This document shows, piece by piece, positions 18,703 through 27,667 of a DNA stretch of 64,000 nucleotides. The notes below the pieces were generated by a model. It ran no database searches, was not told the DNA's origin, and saw only the letters and a program-made list of their open reading frames with translations. Location of the stretch: assembly GCA_963802225.1 (NCBI GenBank), contig CAWDHZ010000012.1:69972-133971 (forward strand), in the 5' to 3' direction. Position 1 is the stretch's first letter. Each line of letters opens with the position of its first letter. Origin of the DNA: an uncultured delta proteobacterium (GTDB lineage: Bacteria; Desulfobacterota; Syntrophia; Syntrophales; UBA2192). The translations under genes and the position numbers were made by a program.

Positions 18703-20325
18703 CTAAGCCTGCAGGGCGATGACGGTGTCCAGATCGCCATGCACGGTCAGATCGGTGGTCCCCGCCGACGGGTCGTGGACCCGAAGCACCATGCCGGGCG
18801 CCTCGCCGCCGGAAGGGCAGTCAAGCCGGACGTGGAGCTCCCCGTCGCGTCTCTCTTCGCTGCGGAACGCGACCGATCGCCGCTTTTCGAACCAGGAGAC
18901 GGCCTCCTGTGCTGTCGCAAACCAGGCGCCGCTTCCCTTCAGCTCCTCGATCACGCGGATGTAGAGATCGTCCCAGAACCGTTCAGGCCCCACGCTGCGG
19001 TGATGCCAGTTGACGGTGAAGGCCCCTCCGTTTGCCGCGACACGGGTGTAGATCTCTCGGATTCGTTCGAACGCAGCGGCCTCCGACAGGCCCATCCGCC
19101 CCGGGGAAAGAAGCGCCGTGTCCATGACGAGCAGCGGCAGTTCATGCAGCGTTGTTCCGGGCAGCCGGAATGCCTGGGCGGTGCCGGCCCGGTAACCGAC
19201 CGCATCGTTGTACCCGACGGTCGAGTCGTAGGAAAAACCGGCATCTTCGAGCACCCCCGGCGTGTCGGCGGAGAAGAAGAGCCAGTGCATACGAACACCG
19301 AGGGCTGGTCGATGCGTCATGCCGCCCACCCGCATTTTCTCGTCAGCTGCCAGCTCTGCGCTGTGCCAGGCATCGATCCCGTGAAGACCGATCTCGCAGC
19401 CCCGCGCGAGGATCTTCTCGACTTCGCCGGTGATGTCACCGATGTCGTATTTCACGGCCCGCCCCTCCGCCGTCCGCCCCTCGAGGTCCAGCCCGGGCCT
19501 GTTCTTGTACGGGATGAGGAAAAAGGTCGACGGCAGACCCTGCTCGATTTCGGCATAGCGGTCAAACAGGATCAGGAAGTCTTTCTGGAGGCCCAGATAG
19601 ATTCCGGGCAGCGAGGCAACGGCCTTCCAGTTCTCCAGGGCTTTCTTCCACGACAGGGAACCCCGCCGGGCCCGTGCGAGCGATCCGCAAAGCGCCCGGT
19701 ATACAAACCCGAACATCGTGGAATCGAACTTGTGACGGCGAATCCCGACGAAATCCACGTCGTGGGTGAGGCACGCGATGAAGCGATGCCCGGGCGGAAA
19801 CGGGGGGATCTCGATGAGAGGGACGCCGGCCGACAGGATGCATTCCCTCAGAAGGCCGATGTGATGATCGAGGGTGGGGATCAAGGCGTGGCGCACGGGC
19901 TGCCCCGAACGCAGCAGATACTCGATTTCCCGGAACAGATCGAAGCCGAAGCGAAAAACCATCCGACCGGGTTTTTCGATTTTCGTGCAGGCGCTCTCGC
20001 AGGTACCATCGAATTCAACGACAGACTGTCCGGAGGACTCCGGCACCGCCGCCTTCCGATAAATCGGCAAGGGCCTGTCCCCCCATCTCAGGAGGGTCCC
20101 GGGCGGCCCCTCTCTCAGCCGGATTCCGAGGCGCCTGTCGATGTCTTTTTCTTCGCTTCCGTAGATGAGGACGACGGGTGCGTCGACTTCCCGATCGGCA
20201 TCCGACGCGATCAGCAGGACGTCGTAGCGCCTGTCGCCCTGGGCGAATTCCCACGGCGTCTTGAACAACTCGAAGAATTCCTCAACGACGTCCCGGTCCC
20301 TTGGCTCCGCGATAACGCCGATCAC
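18703..20325 (-). CDS. Polysaccharide deacetylase (CE4-like) family protein with N-terminal extra domain
   Basis: ORF track 18703..20388. A GTG at 20325 forms a GTGA overlap with the upstream stop, so it is preferred. LTHDVDF, GLHGIDAWH and NWHHRS resemble the CE4-type metal/catalytic motifs seen in EPS-locus deacetylases. Confidence 0.65.
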   Translation of the reverse strand: MIGVIAEPRDRDVVEEFFELFKTPWEFAQGDRRYDVLLIASDADREVDAPVVLIYGSEEKDIDRRLGIRLREGPPGTLLRWGDRPLPIYRKAAVPESSGQSVVEFDGTCESACTKIEKPGRMVFRFGFDLFREIEYLLRSGQPVRHALIPTLDHHIGLLRECILSAGVPLIEIPPFPPGHRFIACLTHDVDFVGIRRHKFDSTMFGFVYRALCGSLARARRGSLSWKKALENWKAVASLPGIYLGLQKDFLILFDRYAEIEQGLPSTFFLIPYKNRPGLDLEGRTAEGRAVKYDIGDITGEVEKILARGCEIGLHGIDAWHSAELAADEKMRVGGMTHRPALGVRMHWLFFSADTPGVLEDAGFSYDSTVGYNDAVGYRAGTAQAFRLPGTTLHELPLLVMDTALLSPGRMGLSEAAAFERIREIYTRVAANGGAFTVNWHHRSVGPERFWDDLYIRVIEELKGSGAWFATAQEAVSWFEKRRSVAFRSEERRDGELHVRLDCPSGGEAPGMVLRVHDPSAGTTDLTVHGDLDTVIALQA

Positions 20326-20936
20326 GCGCTCTTCCCGTGCCCGGCGGGCGGCGCTCCGGGCTCCTGCGAATCCGCTTTCCGCAGCCACTCCTGCCTCCAG
20401 AAAAAGAAACAGGAGCGATCACAAACCCCGAAATCCGTCGTCCCGCTGCACAGGACGCCATCGAGAATCACTAGACCCTTGCACTTCTTCATCTTATAGT
20501 CCCGCTCGTCCAGAAATGTGTTCACCCGCTTCAGCACGCGCTGCTTCGTGCCGCAGAAGGACCACATTTCCTCCATGAAAGCGCAGCCGCGCAGACCATT
20601 CCAACGAGTGAGGGTCTTTCGGATTTCCTCTCTCGGCAAAACCAACACGACATCGCCGGGCTGAAGTTCTTCTCTTCCTTTCATGGGATCCTTATCCCCT
20701 CCCGAGCTCGAATGCAGCACCTCCCGGATTGTGTTTTGCACATAGCGCAGTCTACGTTTTGTGAATCGCTTGAGTCGTTTTTTGAAAAACTGCCATGCAC
20801 TTTCCAGCTTTCCAAGCGGCTCCGCCAATTCCGTCAACGAATGAATCTGGCATCCCGGTCGGCAAAGGGGTTCACCGCTTCGTTCTTGTTGCGATGGTGA
20901 TAAGAACATCATCCCAAAAGGGGAATCTGCAGACAT
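20322..20936 (-). CDS. Cys-rich conserved hypothetical protein
   Basis: ORF track 20322..21203. Trimmed to ATG 20936 (alternative 20912), because the FemAB-like gene stops at 20954. The C-terminal 110 aa carry 7 Cys (CAFMEEMWSFC...KKCKGLVILDGVLCSGTTDFGVCDRSCFFFWRQEW). Confidence 0.45.
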   Translation of the reverse strand: MSADSPFGMMFLSPSQQERSGEPLCRPGCQIHSLTELAEPLGKLESAWQFFKKRLKRFTKRRLRYVQNTIREVLHSSSGGDKDPMKGREELQPGDVVLVLPREEIRKTLTRWNGLRGCAFMEEMWSFCGTKQRVLKRVNTFLDERDYKMKKCKGLVILDGVLCSGTTDFGVCDRSCFFFWRQEWLRKADSQEPGAPPAGHGKSA

Positions 20937-20953
20937 CGGCCTCACTGAATTGT

Positions 20954-22012
20954 CTAAATATGCCTGTACAGGAATTTGCCGAGAGCCTCGAACGCATAAT
21001 CCGGTGATTTGATGCACGCTGTCTTGGCCAGCCTGTATTTCAGGGTACTTTCCTTCCCGTTGACTTTCTCGCATATCTCCCTTGGATAATAGAAGTGCGA
21101 CAGCGCGATAGACTCGGATCCCCAGCGGCGCTTGAAATCCATCAAATCCTGGTTTGTCGGGTTGGTGCGGCCGAAATCGAAGACCTTGAAGCCTTCCCGG
21201 CATGCTGTCCGGATCGTCTCCCAGAAAAGCAGATGATTGGGACCCATGTTCAGGGCGGCCGCATCGGACGCAGCGAATTCAGCGGATATGCGATCCTTGA
21301 ACTTGAAATTGATCAACCCGGCGACGGGCCTTCCCTCATGTTCCGCGATCAGCAGGTTCATCCTGCCGGCGGGCCAGTAGACATCCCATATGGCCTTGAA
21401 GAATTCATAGGGCTGAGTGGGAAGCTCCAAGCGCCTTCGAGTCAATAAATAAAGGCCAAAGAAGTCTTTGAGGTCCTGCTCCTGATCCGCCAGTCGAACG
21501 TGCAGCCCGCAAAGCCGCGCCCGCTGAATTTTCTGCCGGACGCAAGTCCTGTGGAAGGACTTTTTCAGGAGTTCAGGGTCCCCGTTCAGGCGGAGGAAAT
21601 GATGCTGAAAATATCGTTGAACGCCCAGCCGCTCATCCTTGATCATGTCGGCGGATGCAAGCGTTCGCAGTTCGAAAAAGGAAGCACGGCTTTTTTTCAT
21701 CAAAACGAGGCTTTCTTCCAGCAGGATCCGAAATTGCTGCGGATCCGACACGAGGGCATCGCAAAGCGTGGCGAAGGGAATACTCACGAGCTTGTTGCCC
21801 GTTAACCAACTTCTGACCTCGAACAGGGGCAACCCGGCAACGATGCGATCCTCTTCGAAGAGAGCCAGGTAATGCGGTTTGACATGCTGGAAGCTCCTTG
21901 CCATCACCTCCTTCCAGCCTGACAAATGAGTCAGCCAGCCAAATGGGTGACTCTCCACAAATTGATCCCATCTCTGATCCACGCAGGGATCGATCACTCT
22001 GACCTGTGACAT
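20954..22012 (-). CDS. FemAB-family (lipid II:glycine glycyltransferase-like) protein, EPS-locus type
   Basis: 352 aa. PNHLLFWETIRTACREGFKVFDFGRTNPTNQDLMDFKRRWG is typical of FemAB-related GNAT-fold proteins. First gene of the minus-strand polysaccharide block. Confidence 0.75.
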   Translation of the reverse strand: MSQVRVIDPCVDQRWDQFVESHPFGWLTHLSGWKEVMARSFQHVKPHYLALFEEDRIVAGLPLFEVRSWLTGNKLVSIPFATLCDALVSDPQQFRILLEESLVLMKKSRASFFELRTLASADMIKDERLGVQRYFQHHFLRLNGDPELLKKSFHRTCVRQKIQRARLCGLHVRLADQEQDLKDFFGLYLLTRRRLELPTQPYEFFKAIWDVYWPAGRMNLLIAEHEGRPVAGLINFKFKDRISAEFAASDAAALNMGPNHLLFWETIRTACREGFKVFDFGRTNPTNQDLMDFKRRWGSESIALSHFYYPREICEKVNGKESTLKYRLAKTACIKSPDYAFEALGKFLYRHI

Positions 22013-23672
22013 TGCTCTATCCTCCGAGATGAAGAGTTGATGCTGGGTTGTAAATCCATCAGGCTATAACCATTGATTTTAAGAGGTGTGCCAATGCTTC
22101 CGCAGGGGCTCCGGCAACGCCACTGGCCGACGTCCTGCTGCGGGGTATGACCGAGGAACCGTCTGAGAGGCCGTCAACCTCCAGGCAGGCTTGCGCCCTC
22201 TCAGTTACATGGACGAACTGAAAAGGCATTCGGCAGCCCATCATGGCGCCTGGCCGCCCGAAGGGCACGTCGTGAGAACGCCGTTCTTCTCTCCCTGCAA
22301 AACTCCCTGCAGCGCCCGGCAACATCTGATTCCCAAGCTTGAACCACGGATGATATTCGAGCCAAAGCTCTTAATACGGGTTCAGGAAACGGACGGTCTT
22401 CTATGTATGGGATTATTGAATCGTGGAGGCGTGAATGATATGGCCCCCATGTATACATTTAAATACCGGGGGCAAAGGATCCAAAGACCTGTAATGGTTG
22501 ATGAATTATTACTCGAGCAGGATTGTTTGCGGTCAGGTGCATGCCGGATAACCCCCCGTACCCGCCACACCTTTTCGCATCTCTCTAGCTTATTGCTAAG
22601 GCAATCTCTGTACCACGTCGTCGAAGCAAGCAATGGAGACTGTCGTCATCGGTTTTCAAGACATTGATAATGTTGCATTTTTTACTGACATGGCGATTAA
22701 AAAAATGCGTTATCTGGTTGCGCGACAAAGGGGGGCTAGCAGTTGGAATGTAAAACTTACCGACACTTTTCCACGGGCGAAACAGGATCAAACACTAATT
22801 TTCGAAAAATGTTGTTCCATATTAGCTAATTAAGTAATATTTGTTGCTCAGGATGCATTGTAAGCTGTACCGACGAAAATATAGCAATCGCTGTTCATCC
22901 CAAGGGCATGTCGGACGGGACAAATTACATGGATCGGTGTGTCTGTTTATGGGAGACTTGCTTCACTGGTTGTCACCCCTGATATGGATTCATTCTTCGA
23001 GTTGGATATCTTTTACCCGCGCTGCGGAAACTGTCGGTATCTCATACATTTCCATCATCCGGATAAAACCTTCATTATTATGGGTTCTTTAGCGAGGTAA
23101 ATTCGTGAGCCCATATGACAACCCCGAAGTGGCGCATTACCACTTCTGAGTGGCTCACTGTTTGGCAATAAAGGCGCATAAATATTTAATACGTATTTGA
23201 AATAATAGCATTTTATTAGGTTAAACAGAGCAAATAATGCATCTTTCAAAAATAAATAAATGCGACATAAAATTGGTTATTTTTCTTGGCGGTCAGCGAC
23301 TATCGACGCCATCGACTCTTTTTTTCTTAATGATGCGGGGTGGTATTGATATAATAGATTCAAGATCAGTCGGTTGTGATCCGCGCCGAGAAAAGCAAAG
23401 TCAGAATGCTCCTTGACGGCGAGAGCGGCGCTTCTCAAAAAGAACTTGTCTACGATGCGAGAAAGGATATAGACCATGAACACGATCAAACACCCTACCC
23501 CCGGCGGAAGCTACCGGTAGTTGGTTGGATCCAGGAGTTGGCCGCTTCACACTCTAAATAAATTTGCCATATTTATTCGCCGAGTTAAAAGGAAAGAACG
23601 GTTTTTCAAGTTAAATGGGCATGAGGGGAAATCCTTTCAACTAAAAAAGGCAGGCGCAAAGGTGAGGACAAA

Positions 23673-24131
23673 ATGAGGGTTCAGAAAAAAATTGTAATAA
23701 ATGCCCTACCCGAGATGATCTGGCCGTTTCTGGTAGATCCCGAAAAAATCTTGCAATGGTGTTTTACGCTAGAAAGCTTCCAATATACAAGCGGACAAAA
23801 AGGAGGTAAGGACGCCACGTTCAGATACGAAGAAAAAGGGGAGGTCCACAGGCTTGAAGTGAACTGCGTAATAACGGAGTGGATTGAACATCAGAGAATT
23901 TCTTTTACAATGACGAAGGGGACCCACTTCAAGAGCTACATGGAAAGGTGGGAGATTGCGCCTGCAGGAGAGAGAAGCATCTTCACTTTCGATCAGGAAA
24001 TCAAGATGCCCTATGGGATAATAGGCGAACTTATCGGTATTTACCGCGCCAAGCGAGCTGCGAAGGTTGTCGAAGAAATGTTAGCGAAATTAAAGGAGTC
24101 CGTTGAAAATTCGAGGACAAAGGCGGAATAA
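23673..24131 (+). CDS. SRPBCC (START/Bet v1/AHSA1-like) family protein
   Basis: 152 aa. The N-terminus KKIVINALPEMIWPFLVDPEKILQW is typical of the family. SD-like GGTGAGGA lies upstream. Low-GC codon usage. Confidence 0.7.
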   Translation: MRVQKKIVINALPEMIWPFLVDPEKILQWCFTLESFQYTSGQKGGKDATFRYEEKGEVHRLEVNCVITEWIEHQRISFTMTKGTHFKSYMERWEIAPAGERSIFTFDQEIKMPYGIIGELIGIYRAKRAAKVVEEMLAKLKESVENSRTKAE

Positions 24132-24195
24132 AAACTTGAGGAAAGTTCCGTTGGAATGACGAATGGCCGAATTAATCTGAATTGAAGAGTGTCTC

Positions 24196-25110
24196 ATGAA
24201 GGAAGGCAGTCTGGAAACAGATGGAGGCTCGATCTTTTATAAGGTAATCGGCCGCGGCTACCCGTTGGTGCTGATGCACGGCGGACCAGGCAGCGACCAT
24301 ACGTACCTGCTTTCCTTAAAGAATTTAGCAGACTCCTTCACTTTGGTTTTTTACGACCATCGCTGCAACGGTCGTTCAAGCGGGCCAAGCCTCCAGTCGA
24401 TGAACTGGGAGAACCTGACGGCGGATGCCGAAAATCTTCGGAAGCATTTGGGCCATGAACGATGGGCGGTGCTGGGGCATTCTTTTGGAGGAATGGTGGC
24501 CCTGGAATATTCCCTGCGCCATCCGGAGAGCTTGTCTCATTTGATTCTGCTCGATTCCGGTGCCAGCTCGTACTGGTTTCGTGAGAACGCCCCCCTGCTG
24601 CTCAAGGAGCGCGGATTCAACGCCAAAACGATCGATGGCGCCAAGAGGCTATTCAGCGGTGAAATAAGGGCAAATGAAGCTTTTTGGATCAAGCTTAGGC
24701 TGTTACCTGCCTACTACTATGGTTTCAACTGGATTAAGAAACCTTTCACAAAACGGCCTAAAAGCAATATTGAGGCCCTTATTTACGGGTTCAAAGTTTT
24801 ACTTGCGAATTGGGATTTCATAAGCCGGCTGGGGAATATAAAAACCCCGACCTTGGTTGCCGCCGGGAGAGACGATTTCATTTTCCCGCCCGAACACCAG
24901 GCGATCATAGCCGATAAGATTCCCAATTCAAGGCTTGAAATCATTGAAAAAGCGGGGCACAACACTGCAAATGAACGGCCCATAGAGGTTATGCGCCTGG
25001 TGAAGAATTTCATTCTTTTCCCGCCGGAGCATCAGGCGTTGATAGCCGATCGGTTACCAAACGCGAGACTCAATATCATCGAAAAATCCGGGTACAGCGC
25101 CCGGGAATGA
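24196..25110 (+). CDS. Alpha/beta hydrolase (proline-iminopeptidase-like) with duplicated 3' end
   Basis: LVLMHGGPGSDHTYL, nucleophile elbow GHSFGGMVA and catalytic-His region EKAGHN. The last 27 codons repeat the preceding FPPEHQ..IIEK.G segment. Confidence 0.85.
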   Translation: MKEGSLETDGGSIFYKVIGRGYPLVLMHGGPGSDHTYLLSLKNLADSFTLVFYDHRCNGRSSGPSLQSMNWENLTADAENLRKHLGHERWAVLGHSFGGMVALEYSLRHPESLSHLILLDSGASSYWFRENAPLLLKERGFNAKTIDGAKRLFSGEIRANEAFWIKLRLLPAYYYGFNWIKKPFTKRPKSNIEALIYGFKVLLANWDFISRLGNIKTPTLVAAGRDDFIFPPEHQAIIADKIPNSRLEIIEKAGHNTANERPIEVMRLVKNFILFPPEHQALIADRLPNARLNIIEKSGYSARE

Positions 25111-25144
25111 GCCAAGGAAATTATTCGCCTGACGAAAGATTTTA

Positions 25145-25876
25145 TCACGTAAAACGACAATCTTTCCGGCTTGAGAACGTGTTCACTTCGCTGCTGAATG
25201 CCCTTGTTACAGAGAATAAAAGCCTGTGTTCGTACTTCCAGCAATATTTTTTGAAACCAATTTTTTCAAATACCTTTATGCCGGCTATATTATTTCCGAG
25301 TGTGTAAGCAATCGCACGTTTATAGCCCTTTTCCATAGCCATTTTGCATAGCAGCGAGTCGACTGAGGAAGCCAAACCTGTTCTCCGATACTTTTCAAAA
25401 GCAAACAGGTTGAACAGTAAGACCTCGTCTTCTTTAATGGGGGGGATTCCTTTGAAACCATCTCGAAGTTCGGGACGCTCTGCAGAGGACAGCAACCAAG
25501 CTATGTAGCAGAGTTCTCCGCTTTCCGTCGTTCTCGCAACATAGAACTCACGGAAGCCAGAGTCGTAAAACATTTTTCGCATCACGAGTTCATATGCGCT
25601 TACGTTGCTCGCAGTTTTCGCTATTGTTACGATTTCGTCTATATCGGTTTGTTTTCCGCTCTGCAATGTGTATTCGATGTCGGTTTGAAAGTCCGAACAC
25701 GGTTTGTTGAGATCCTTTTCCATACCGACAAAATAAGTTTTGCTGTAAATTTGACGTCTCAGTTCCCTCGCCAGAACGTTCGGGCCCGCGATTCTGCCCA
25801 GCAAAACGGCATAACGAATTTTTTTGAAAGATGCTTTCAGCGGCACGGCGCGACCCTGCTTTACAGTGCAATACAC
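25145..25876 (-). CDS. GNAT family N-acetyltransferase
   Basis: 243 aa. LFAFEKYRRTGLASSVDSLLCKMAMEKGYKRAIAYT...GIKVFEKIGFK matches GNAT motifs A and B. Confidence 0.7.
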   Translation of the reverse strand: MYCTVKQGRAVPLKASFKKIRYAVLLGRIAGPNVLARELRRQIYSKTYFVGMEKDLNKPCSDFQTDIEYTLQSGKQTDIDEIVTIAKTASNVSAYELVMRKMFYDSGFREFYVARTTESGELCYIAWLLSSAERPELRDGFKGIPPIKEDEVLLFNLFAFEKYRRTGLASSVDSLLCKMAMEKGYKRAIAYTLGNNIAGIKVFEKIGFKKYCWKYEHRLLFSVTRAFSSEVNTFSSRKDCRFT

Positions 25877-26106
25877 AGAAGGTTCTTATGGGTTTACATT
25901 ACAATAGATGAGTTTTATACACATGGTTAACGAATTGACCGTCGGACCCGGAATGCGTTGTAGTTGGCACCTTTTATTGTGCCTCATGGTAAGGCTTTCC
26001 GGACTGAATATCAAGTTTAATGAATTCAGCAAACATCAGATTGTTCAGGTGTCTTTTGTTACCATTTAAAAACAAATAACTTTTTCCCTGTTAAAAGGAG
26101 GGATCA

Positions 26107-27339
26107 TTGGAATATCGCAAATTGGGGAGGACTGGACTTGACGTAAGTGCAATTGGTTTAGGTGGGGCACAATATATGGAAATATTGCCACAAAAATTAG
26201 TTGTTTCGATTGTTCAAGAAGCCTTGGATAACGGGATCAACTATATTGATTTGTTTTCCGCTAATCCCCATATCCGTGACAAAATTGGGTTAGCTCTGAA
26301 AGGCAAACGCGAAAAAGTTATCATTACGGCACATCTGGGAGTATCAGAGAAACATGGCCAATATTGCAGAACACGAGACGAAGGAGAGTGCAGCAAATTC
26401 TTCATAGACTTTTTATCTCGATTGCGCACCGATTGGGTGGATATTCTAATGTTACATTTTATCGATCTGGAACATGATTATAAAAGAGCCTTCAACGGTG
26501 GCATTTTGCAACTCGCGCAGAAATATCAGAGCGAGGGGAAAGCTCGTTTTATAGGAATGAGTGGTCATGACCTGGAAGTTTCTTTGAAAGCTGTAAAGAG
26601 CGGTCAGATCGATGTCCTTATGTATCCAATCAACATAACAAATAACGCCATGCCTGATCGGGATAAGCTTCTTAATGCCTGCATCACTGAAGAGGTAGGG
26701 TTGGTTGCGATGAAACCCTTTGCAGGGGGAACTCTTCTTCGGGGAAGCGCCGCGGTTTTCACTGACAGCCTCAGTTCAGGTTGGAGGAGTTTTCACAGAA
26801 AACAAGCGATTTCAGCAACCCCAATACAGTGTATCAGTTATGTACTATCGCAAGCAGGGGTTTCCACGGTTGTGCCCGGCGTAAGAAGCGCTGCGGAATT
26901 GCAGGAAACTCTTCGCTTCTTAAACGCCAGTTCCGAAGAGAAAAGCTTTGACTCCCTGGTGGAAAGCTTTGGCGGTTATCTGGAAGGTGGCTGCGTATAC
27001 TGCAATCACTGTTTGCCATGTCCCTCTTCAATAGATATCGCTCGGGTCAATCGACTTGTGGATACATCAAAGCATGCCTTCACGGAGAACCTCTACGCTG
27101 AGTATAACGAACTTTCAGCAAAGGCTTCCGACTGTACAGAATGTGAAGCATGTATGAAGCGTTGTCCTTTCAATGTGGATGTCATATCACATATGAAAGA
27201 AGCCAAGCGCTTATTCGAAGGCATCAGGTACAAAGCATGGATCCGATCCATATACTGGCGTCTTCATAAGGTTCAATTCTTTTGGCTTTTTTTCAGAGCT
27301 TTGAGGAAGCTCAAGAGGCGTCTTTTCAATGCGCGTTAA
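26107..27339 (+). CDS. Aldo/keto reductase fused to a C-terminal 4Fe-4S ferredoxin-type Cys cluster
   Basis: TTG start 5 nt after AAGGAGG. MEYRKLGRTGLDVSAIGLGG is an AKR N-terminus. C-terminal CVYCNHCLPCP ... CTECEACMKRCP. Confidence 0.85.
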   Translation: MEYRKLGRTGLDVSAIGLGGAQYMEILPQKLVVSIVQEALDNGINYIDLFSANPHIRDKIGLALKGKREKVIITAHLGVSEKHGQYCRTRDEGECSKFFIDFLSRLRTDWVDILMLHFIDLEHDYKRAFNGGILQLAQKYQSEGKARFIGMSGHDLEVSLKAVKSGQIDVLMYPINITNNAMPDRDKLLNACITEEVGLVAMKPFAGGTLLRGSAAVFTDSLSSGWRSFHRKQAISATPIQCISYVLSQAGVSTVVPGVRSAAELQETLRFLNASSEEKSFDSLVESFGGYLEGGCVYCNHCLPCPSSIDIARVNRLVDTSKHAFTENLYAEYNELSAKASDCTECEACMKRCPFNVDVISHMKEAKRLFEGIRYKAWIRSIYWRLHKVQFFWLFFRALRKLKRRLFNAR

Positions 27340-27667
27340 TCAAGAACACAAAGGTAAGGCAAAGCATTTGTGCGATTCGGATCAAGATCGTCCTCAACCG
27401 TTGACCTGCCCCCGGTCCCTCTCCCTTCCCTTCATCGCCATGAAGATGCAACTCATGCGGCTCCGAAGCCGGATCGCGGAACAGGTGAAGAAATTTTACG
27501 GAGATCCGACAGCAGTCTACTGCCTGAGATCACGAAGGCGATGATCCATACGAGCCGCTTTTCTCCCGTCATTTCCCTTCTTGTCATGGTACCTGTTTTC
27601 ATCTATATTTTTTATAAGCTGGTCATACTCGAACGAACAGCTATCATGGCACGATGAGATGCATGGT

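Noticed and set aside
16494-20499. Plus-strand ORFs 16494..17750 (418 aa), 17443..18516 (357 aa) and 18694..20499 (601 aa).
   Set aside because: They lie antisense to well-supported minus-strand genes and show no motifs. Their composition (Asp/Gly/Arg/Pro/Val) is typical of shadow ORFs.
22013-23672. tRNA, integrase or IS remnants that might mark the boundary of the AT-rich block.
   Set aside because: No cloverleaf-like sequence, inverted terminal repeats or transposase/integrase-like translation was recognisable in any frame. The absence is by eye only.
25965-25982. A sigma54-like motif TGGCAC-CTTTT-ATTGTGC, 125 nt upstream of the aldo/keto reductase gene.
   Set aside because: The spacing between the GG and GC elements is off by one, the -12 element is TTGT rather than TTGC, and no enhancer-binding protein gene is nearby. 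This is too weak to call.
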